NCBI GenBank assembly: GCA_043811375.1
Contig: JBDRNJ010000039.1
Location: forward strand, 64,001 to 128,000
From: a bacterium
GTDB taxonomy: Bacteria; Zixibacteria; MSB-5A5; GN15; FEB-12
DNA: 64,000 bases
Direction of reading: 5' to 3'
Made by a program: the position numbers and the translations under genes. Numbering within the stretch: the stretch's first letter is position 1; each line of letters begins with the position of its first letter. The notes under the pieces are model-generated. The model was not told where the DNA came from, did not search any database, and saw only the letters and a program-made list of their open reading frames with translations. This document shows, one piece after another, positions 57,370 through 64,000 of the stretch.

Positions 57370-60057
57370 ATGAGATTGAGTGATTTGGCAAAATGGGGTG
57401 TGCCCGAGAGAATCATCGCCGGTTGGCGGCTGCGCCAGGGCGAGTCACTTTTACCGGTGCAGGCTCAGGCGGTACGCAAAGGTCTGCTGGGCCGAAAGAC
57501 GGATGGCGGGGTGGATAGTCCGGTGCGGATGTTGATCTCGGCGCCTACTTCTTCAGGCAAATCATTTTGTGCCGAAATGGCGATGGCCCGGGCTTTGTCG
57601 TGTCGTCGCAAGGCGGTTATGCTGGTGCCGCTGAAATCACTGGCGGAACAGAAACATGCCCTGTTTGAAAAAACCTATGGATCACTGGGAGTAAAATGTT
57701 TGATCGCCACCGGGGATCACCCGGAAAATGACCGCCGGTTTATCACCGGAGATTACCAGGTGGCGGTAGCTATTTACGAGAAGTTTGACCTGTTGTTGAC
57801 GGGTGTCCTGGATGCTCTGAAGAATATCGGCCTGGTGGTGATTGACGAAATCCAGACAATCGCCGAACCGGGCCGCGGGGCGGTGCTGGAACGGCTGCTG
57901 ACAAAAATACTGGCCTCGATCTACCGGCCATCGCTGGTCGGCCTGTCGGCGGTGATCGGTGATGGCGACAGTTCGGCCGGGCGGCTGGCATCCTGGCTTC
58001 AGTCAACCCTGGTCGAAGAGACAGCTCGACCGGTCGATCTTATCCGCGGCGTGGCGGTGGCCGGGAAGTTCTACTATCGGTCATACAACAGCGGCCTTGA
58101 TGGCAGCGAGCCGTTTGCGGACGGTGAGACGGTTCAGCACCCGTTTGACACCTTTGTACAGCAGGTCAAATCTCATCCCGGACCTACGCTGGTATTTCTC
58201 AAGTCGCGGCGGGAAACGGTAGATAGCGCCTTCCGACTGGCGGCCGCCGTCGCCTGGCCCGAGGCCGGTCGGGCACTTAAGCTTCTGGACGAGGAGGAAC
58301 CGTCGTTTCTGGTTCGCTCGTTGCGTCAGGCGCTGACACGCGGGGTTGCTTTTCACAACGCCGACCTGTCGCCACGACAGCGAGCTATAGTGGAACAGGC
58401 TTTTATGGACGGAGAAGTGCGGGTGATTTTTGCCACCACGACACTGGCCCTGGGAGTTGACCTGCCCGTGGAGACGGTCTACCTGGAGACGGTCAAATAC
58501 AGCGCCGGCAACTATGACGGTCGTCCGACCCTGGTTCCGGTCACGCGTGCCGAATTTGACAATATGACCGGACGCGCCGGGAGATTGCGCGGTGACAATT
58601 GTACGCCGGGGCGGGCCATTATCATGGCCCGGTCGGACCTTGACCGCGATATCCTCTGGCAGAACTATATCGCTCCCGAAAGACCGGAGCCGATCAGGTC
58701 AGCCTTCGACTCGCTGCCGCCGGAAGACTGGTTGCTGGACATGATTACCTGCGGGCTGATAACCGATCCGGACTCGATCGAACAGTTGTTTGACAGAACC
58801 TTCTATGCCGCCATTGGGCAGGGTGATCAGACGCCGGATTTTGACTCGGCCCTGGCGCACCTGCAGCACTGTCGACTGATTCACCGGGAGAGTTCGAATG
58901 GTGCGGTGACCGTTTCGCCGACCGGAAAGGCAACGGCGCTGGCCAGCCTGTCGGTGGCACAGGCAGAGTACCTGTTGCAGAAGCTGTCCGATGACCCTCC
59001 CACCACCATTGCCGGCTGCACGGCACTGGTTCTGAGTGCTCCGGGCTGGACACTGCCCCCCGGGATGCTGACCGCCTTCGAATTGGCGGAGAATATGCCG
59101 GTCAGGATGTTGTACCAACACTTCGACCACCTGCTTCAGGATGCTGCGATCCTTCTGGGCGAGAGTCGCCGTCAGGAACCCCTGACCTACACCGCAGCCG
59201 TACGGTTAAAGGCGTGGTTACTTCTGCACCAGTGGCGCGAACTCACACCGGTGCAGCAACTCGAACAACAGTTCCAGTTGCACCTGGGACAGATTCTGGC
59301 CCTGGGGGAAACGGCGGCCCATCTGGTGCACGGCCTCGATGTACTGGCTGCGACCACTAACCATCACACGTCGTTGCCGGACGACCTGAGCCGATATGTT
59401 TTCAGCCTTCGCATGGGTATGCCGGCCGGCCTGGAACGACTGTATGCCCGCCTGGGTCGGATTCTCAACCGCAGCGATTTCCTGGCTCTGCACAATGCCG
59501 GGGTGGAAAGTATAACCGGTCTGCAAGAGTTGTCGCAGGCACAATTGGGCCGGTTTATCAAAGGGGAGAACAAACTGAGCTTATTAAGAGAGAAACTGCA
59601 ACTTATTTCACAGGAGAACACCATGCAAACACAAACAACGCCGAGCCAGTCGTGTCTGCCGGCGGCGATGGCCGTGTCCGTTCGACCTGAATTGATTGAG
59701 ATCGACGGTACTTTCGAACGGGAACGCTACCTGGTCAAAATCAACGGCTTTCCGATCCGCCTGACCGGCAAATCATTCAAGTATTTCACGAAACTGGCCT
59801 GGTCACGACTCAACCGCGATTCCGGCTGGATGTACAAGGAAGATATCGAAACCGGTTTCAACCAGGCCCGGTATCTCTACCGCATGAAGAGAGAAATTGT
59901 CTCGGCCCTGAACCTGGCCTGGGGGGTAATAGAAAACAATCGATTGGGTTATTATCGTCTCAATGCCGACCCCGGCGCCATCCGGGTGAACCTGGATAAT
60001 CTTCGTGTTCACCCCGATTACGAAGTGAGCAATCTGGCCAACCGGAGCGCCAACTGA
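57370..60057 (+). CDS. Ski2/Hel308-like SF2 helicase with extra C-terminal winged-helix-like domain
   Basis: Q motif LLPVQ, APTSSGKS, VIDEIQ, GLSA, HNADL, ATTTLALGVDLP, MTGRAGR; WH, ratchet and HhH-like regions follow. Confidence 0.85.
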   Translation: MRLSDLAKWGVPERIIAGWRLRQGESLLPVQAQAVRKGLLGRKTDGGVDSPVRMLISAPTSSGKSFCAEMAMARALSCRRKAVMLVPLKSLAEQKHALFEKTYGSLGVKCLIATGDHPENDRRFITGDYQVAVAIYEKFDLLLTGVLDALKNIGLVVIDEIQTIAEPGRGAVLERLLTKILASIYRPSLVGLSAVIGDGDSSAGRLASWLQSTLVEETARPVDLIRGVAVAGKFYYRSYNSGLDGSEPFADGETVQHPFDTFVQQVKSHPGPTLVFLKSRRETVDSAFRLAAAVAWPEAGRALKLLDEEEPSFLVRSLRQALTRGVAFHNADLSPRQRAIVEQAFMDGEVRVIFATTTLALGVDLPVETVYLETVKYSAGNYDGRPTLVPVTRAEFDNMTGRAGRLRGDNCTPGRAIIMARSDLDRDILWQNYIAPERPEPIRSAFDSLPPEDWLLDMITCGLITDPDSIEQLFDRTFYAAIGQGDQTPDFDSALAHLQHCRLIHRESSNGAVTVSPTGKATALASLSVAQAEYLLQKLSDDPPTTIAGCTALVLSAPGWTLPPGMLTAFELAENMPVRMLYQHFDHLLQDAAILLGESRRQEPLTYTAAVRLKAWLLLHQWRELTPVQQLEQQFQLHLGQILALGETAAHLVHGLDVLAATTNHHTSLPDDLSRYVFSLRMGMPAGLERLYARLGRILNRSDFLALHNAGVESITGLQELSQAQLGRFIKGENKLSLLREKLQLISQENTMQTQTTPSQSCLPAAMAVSVRPELIEIDGTFERERYLVKINGFPIRLTGKSFKYFTKLAWSRLNRDSGWMYKEDIETGFNQARYLYRMKREIVSALNLAWGVIENNRLGYYRLNADPGAIRVNLDNLRVHPDYEVSNLANRSAN

Positions 60058-60058
60058 G

Positions 60059-60182
60059 GCGGTGGCATCGCCACATCTATAGGCATCGCCAGTGGCTTGC
60101 CGGTGGCAAGCCACTTTTATTGGCGGGAGACAAGCTCCTGCTCTATGTGCGTTAGAACAATCACCTTTTGGGACATCCCCTG
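60059..60182. repeat. Dispersed composite repeat, copy B, with palindromes
   Basis: Shares blocks with 40209-40304 and 5772-5795; contains GTGGCTTGCC-ggt-GGCAAGCCAC. Confidence 0.75.
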
Positions 60183-60205
60183 ACCGTCGTAACTGTCCGT
60201 GACGT

Positions 60206-60943
60206 TCATGGGTGTAAAGTCCAGTTAACCCCCAGCATCACGGTCGGGCCGGTCATATCGTATTGCCGTGCTCGGCGACTGTTTTCCCCGGTCACCTGGT
60301 CGATTATTTCCAGATCAAGTTCCGGTCTGGCGTATGAATACTTGAAGTCGAGACGCAGCCATACCCGTTGGCTGAATCTGAAATCACTGCCTGCCCGGAG
60401 ATGCCAGGCGAGTCCCTGCCCGAAATCATGGTAACTTTCCAGAGTGGCATCATCATAAGGTGCCGATTCTCCTGTGGCCGGCTCATCAGTCGGCCACATG
60501 TTGGAGTAGGCACTGAAGCCGCCACCAAAATACGGTCGAACTTCCGAACCGGGCACTCGCAACAGCAGGTCGACATCGGCACTGAGCGAGGCGAATTTCT
60601 GTTTCGGCAGGTCGGCCAGGTTCAGTTCGTACCAGAATACCTGGGGCACTCCCCTCAGAATCAACGGCGACAGGCGGGTATAATCGATTACCACAGCCAG
60701 ACCGTAACCTTCAGAGATATCATCCGTCGCCGGTACGAACACCAGCGCCGTTCCGGCCTCGAAATTCGATGAAGTGTCGGCATTCGTTTGCGGCAGTGAC
60801 ATCCGGATTACCCGTTCGCCCCGAGCGCGAGCATCACCGCCATCGCCGGCTGCGATTGCCGTACGGCCGGGTGCCGGCAGCATAATCGCCACAAGACAAA
60901 TCAGACCGATCCGCTGTAGCTAATGATAAAAGACATATCTCAT
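60206..60943 (-). pseudogene. Outer-membrane beta-barrel (OmpW/porin-like) gene with in-frame TAG at codon 8
   Basis: GAGGTG RBS, then ATG 60943: MRYVFYH*LQRIGLICLVAIMLP...; barrel motifs RPYFGGG and LGVNW. Confidence 0.6.
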
Positions 60944-61217
60944 AATCACCTCGTCAGGTATTTGCTGGAAACCCGAGTTCTTCCTGGGAAAGAACTCGTC
61001 CCGATTACTGTTGGTCAACCATTAATCATTCACAATTACTATGCTATGGCCGGGTCTCAGTGTCGGCGACGTCTGTCGATTCTTGTATTGTTAAGACTGA
61101 CAGTGGGTTAGCTAAACCACAAAACTCATTTGGGAAATTAGAGACAGTAGCTGACTCTGGTTTGGAGCCTTTCGTTTCAGTCTTTTGACAAAGCGCCGAT
61201 AGATATGCAAAACAGCT

Positions 61218-63602
61218 ATGAAGACCATTGTAAAGACCACTAAGAAGCTGCCGCTTAAGACAACCGGTCCGTCGGCAGGCGTCCCTGTATTGCCGTTGCG
61301 AAATGGTGTGCTTCTCCCGGGATCGATTATGACCGTGTCCCTTATTCGGCCTGAAGAGGTCGATCTTGTTCAGTACTGCCAAACCCACCGTAAGGAACTG
61401 CTGGTGAGTCATTCGTCGGAAGCAACCTCGGACGGAGCGGCGCCTGTTTCCCAGGTTGGTGTCATGGCAAGTATATGTCATGTTTTTCAAGCTGCCGATG
61501 GGTTGCCGATGGTTACACTGGAAGGTATCCGGCGGGCGGTTCTGGTGGAAATTACCGCGGAGACTCCCTTACTCCTGGGCACTGTAAATGAGATCGAATT
61601 GTCCGATGACGCCGCCCGGATTAGTACCTCTGAAATCATGGCTTGCTTCAGGATGACCCGTGAATCTGAGACAATCGGTATGTTGCAGAAGCATTCCGGT
61701 GACAACTCGTTGCTGATCGACCGGATTTCAGCAGTCCTGAATCTGCCACCGTCTGCCCGGCAGGAACTGCTCGAAACGGTGAACCTCAAAGATCGGTTGA
61801 CTCTTCTGGAATCTTTTCAAAAAACACCGGCGCCGGCATCTTCAGTTAACTGTGGTGAAATCGGAGTGTCGTCAGATAGTCGCCGAGAGAGCAACCTGGC
61901 TGACGCCGCGCACATAAGAGCTTTGATCGAAAAGTCGTCTTTTCTGCCCGATGAAGTGGCGGCCAGAGCTACGCACGAGGTTGATCGGTTGACTCAATTG
62001 CCGACGGCTTCGGCCGAATACGGCGCCACCAAATTCTACCTTGACTGGCTGTTGTCTCTCCCCTGGGGAAAATGCTCGGGCGAGGATTATGACATAACTC
62101 ACGCCGAGAAGATTCTCACAACTGAATACTACGGCCCCGCCAGTCTCAAAGAACAGATTCTGCAGCGACTGTCCGTTCGCAAGTTGCAGCGGGGTGCCGG
62201 CGATGCCCCCACCCTGTGTTTCATTGGCGCCCCCGGAACCGGCAAGGCTTCGCTGGCCAAAGCAATTGCCCACGCTCTGGGCAAGGAGCTGATCAGGATA
62301 TCCGTCGGAGGGATCACCGACGTCGGCGAAGTGAAGGGAATGCCCCGCACGTTCCTGGCCGCCCTGCCCGGGAAAATTATACGTTCCCTGCGCAACGTTG
62401 AGTCCTGCGACCCGGTGGTGCTGCTGGAGGACGTCGACTATTTCAATCTCCACAATGACGCCTCGGTCAATATGGCGATGCTGGAGGCGATCGATACTCG
62501 TCGCAACGCCCGCTTTCTGGACAACTACCTGGGCATTCCTTTTGATCTGAGTAAAATCTTCTTCATCTGTTCGGTGCGTTCCTTCGAGGAAATTCCGGAG
62601 CAGTTCATACCGCGCCTTGAGATCATTGAGTTGCCCGGTTATACCGAGAAAGAAAAGCGAGCCATTTCCAAACGGTACCTGATTCCCAATCTGCTGAATA
62701 GACTCGGGTTGACCAAAGCGGAGGTGAAATTTACCGATCAGGCGCTGACCAGGATTGTCACCAACTACACCCAGGAAGCCGGGCTGCTGTCGTTTTCGCA
62801 GAATATCGAGAAGATATGCCGCAGAATCGCTCTGGAGAAACTCCAGAAACCGAAAAAGTCGTGGACGATAAACGACCGTAACCTTGAATCCTACCTGGGC
62901 CCTGCCCTGTTTTTCCCCGAGCGAGCTGAAGCAGCCCCCGAAATCGGTACCGCAGCCGGACTGGCCTGGACCGGTGCCGGCGGCGAACTAATGTTTATCG
63001 AGGGCCTCAAGATGAAGGGCAGTGGTGATATTATCACCACCGGGTCACTCGGCGAAGTGATGCGGGAATCTATCCAGGCCGCCCATTCCTATGTGCGTTC
63101 CAAGGCCGACATGCTGGGGATAGATTTCAGTGACTTCAACGATTTTGATATCCACGTTCATTTTCCCTCTGGCGCTATTCCCAAAGACGGCCCTTCGGCC
63201 GGTGTTACCGTCTGCCTGGTCATTGCCTCGGTGATGTCGGAACGCCCTATCCGCAATGATATCGCCATGACCGGGGAGGTCACCCTGCGCGGGCGGGTAT
63301 TGCGCGTGGCCGGAATCAAGGAGAAGATATCAGCCGCCCACCGGTCCGGTATCTATCACGTGGCCATGCCTCAGGGCAATCAGAAAGATATCAAGGAGTT
63401 GCCCCGGGAAATGGTGCGCAAGATGAAATTCACGTTCATCGAGCGCGTCGACGAACTGTTCGAAACCTGCCTGCTTAATTTCACTCCTTCCTCGTACACC
63501 CTGGAAAAAGTTTTCGCCGAGGAAATCAGGAAAGTCAAGCGTAAGAAAAAAACTCCCCCACAGAAGCGCCGGACTCCGCGGGTAGCCAGGAAACAGGAAT
63601 AA
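61218..63602 (+). CDS. Lon protease family (S16) protein with degenerate AAA+ module
   Basis: N-domain [17 protein letters not shown]; protease domain intact ([36 protein letters not shown]); Walker motifs altered. Confidence 0.88.
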   Translation: MKTIVKTTKKLPLKTTGPSAGVPVLPLRNGVLLPGSIMTVSLIRPEEVDLVQYCQTHRKELLVSHSSEATSDGAAPVSQVGVMASICHVFQAADGLPMVTLEGIRRAVLVEITAETPLLLGTVNEIELSDDAARISTSEIMACFRMTRESETIGMLQKHSGDNSLLIDRISAVLNLPPSARQELLETVNLKDRLTLLESFQKTPAPASSVNCGEIGVSSDSRRESNLADAAHIRALIEKSSFLPDEVAARATHEVDRLTQLPTASAEYGATKFYLDWLLSLPWGKCSGEDYDITHAEKILTTEYYGPASLKEQILQRLSVRKLQRGAGDAPTLCFIGAPGTGKASLAKAIAHALGKELIRISVGGITDVGEVKGMPRTFLAALPGKIIRSLRNVESCDPVVLLEDVDYFNLHNDASVNMAMLEAIDTRRNARFLDNYLGIPFDLSKIFFICSVRSFEEIPEQFIPRLEIIELPGYTEKEKRAISKRYLIPNLLNRLGLTKAEVKFTDQALTRIVTNYTQEAGLLSFSQNIEKICRRIALEKLQKPKKSWTINDRNLESYLGPALFFPERAEAAPEIGTAAGLAWTGAGGELMFIEGLKMKGSGDIITTGSLGEVMRESIQAAHSYVRSKADMLGIDFSDFNDFDIHVHFPSGAIPKDGPSAGVTVCLVIASVMSERPIRNDIAMTGEVTLRGRVLRVAGIKEKISAAHRSGIYHVAMPQGNQKDIKELPREMVRKMKFTFIERVDELFETCLLNFTPSSYTLEKVFAEEIRKVKRKKKTPPQKRRTPRVARKQE

Positions 63603-63640
63603 AAACTTATTCCAGCAGGCTGTTTGAGCCCGGAATCTGT

Positions 63641-63668
63641 TTGACAACGGCCAATTATCGTGTATTAT
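63641..63668 (+). promoter_or_regulatory. tRNA promoter
   Basis: TTGACA 63641-63646, 16 nt, TATTAT 63663-63668. Confidence 0.6.
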
Positions 63669-63703
63669 TCCATTATACTGTAGCCATCTGAAAAGCTGGC
63701 TAT

Positions 63704-63775
63704 GGGGGTGTAGCTCAGTGGTAGAGCACCTGCCTTTTAAGCAGGGTGTCGATGGTTCGATCCCATCCACCCTCA
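63704..63775 (+). tRNA. tRNA-Lys (anticodon TTT), CCA not encoded
   Basis: Acceptor stem GGGGGTG/CACCCTC-A, D arm GCTC/GAGC, anticodon arm CCTGC-CTTTTAA-GCAGG, T loop TTCGATC. Confidence 0.96.
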
Positions 63776-64000
63776 CTTTTTTTGGAATCGATTTTCTTAC
63801 GGTAACATGCAGGGCAAAACCCGAAGGGATTGTACCAATCATAACAATTATCTCCAGGTCCGGATAGCGGAACCGCTAAAGGGTTCCGCCCTGCTCACCG
63901 GGCCATTTGGGTGCGCGGCGTATGTCCTGAGGTTGTCCCACAAGTCAGCTTTGGGTGCATTTAACGTTGCATCTAATAAATCGTCACTCGGCAAACCCGC

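Noticed and set aside
57370..60057. Hachiman HamB or DUF1998 (MrfA/SftH) helicase
   Set aside because: No HamA-like nuclease neighbour, no C-terminal four-Cys DUF1998 motif, and no surrounding defence-island genes
60920..60922. Genome-wide TAG recoding
   Set aside because: TAG serves as a normal stop in several intact genes here (for example dnaA, dksA-like, dsrP, ileS)
63800..63860. c-di-GMP-I riboswitch (GGGCAAAACCCGAAGGG resembles part of the motif)
   Set aside because: The second stem and tetraloop receptor are not evident, and no downstream gene is visible

Overview
Chromosomal origin region of an anaerobic Gram-negative bacterium. The dockerin-like C-terminus on a large secreted protein and the dsr gene content suggest an FCB-group lineage such as Ca. 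Zixibacteria; this is an inference, not a database result. In order, the window holds: a two-subunit B12 acyl-CoA mutase with isobutyryl-CoA-mutase-type residues, dpaL, an orphan ABC ATPase, recF-dnaN-oriC-dnaA, mrp, and qmoBA without qmoC. Next come a DUF2723 glycosyltransferase, a pgsA-like gene and ileS2-dksA-lspA. A complete reductive-type dsrABDNLCTMKJOP operon follows, then a CoA-persulfide reductase/rhodanese gene heading a partial siroheme operon. The right part has an AftA-like GT-C, a macrodomain, an spt/ceramide-synthase-like pair, a 1328-aa modular secreted protein, a znu-type ABC transporter with an RHH/Zn-finger regulator, pilVWX-like genes, a Zn-ribbon plus Hel308-like helicase cassette, a beta-barrel gene with an in-frame TAG, a Lon with a degenerate ATPase module, and tRNA-Lys(TTT). 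The best leads are: (1) the Hel308-like helicase cassette, with a LexA-like palindrome in its promoter and a nested, RBS-preceded winged-helix domain; (2) Rex-like boxes shared by qmo and dsr, together with DsrD, DsrL-2 and a persulfide reductase; (3) candidate sphingolipid synthesis; (4) a non-Zur candidate zinc sensor with its operator; (5) the ATPase-degenerate Lon. No CRISPR array, rRNA, transposase or integrase was found.
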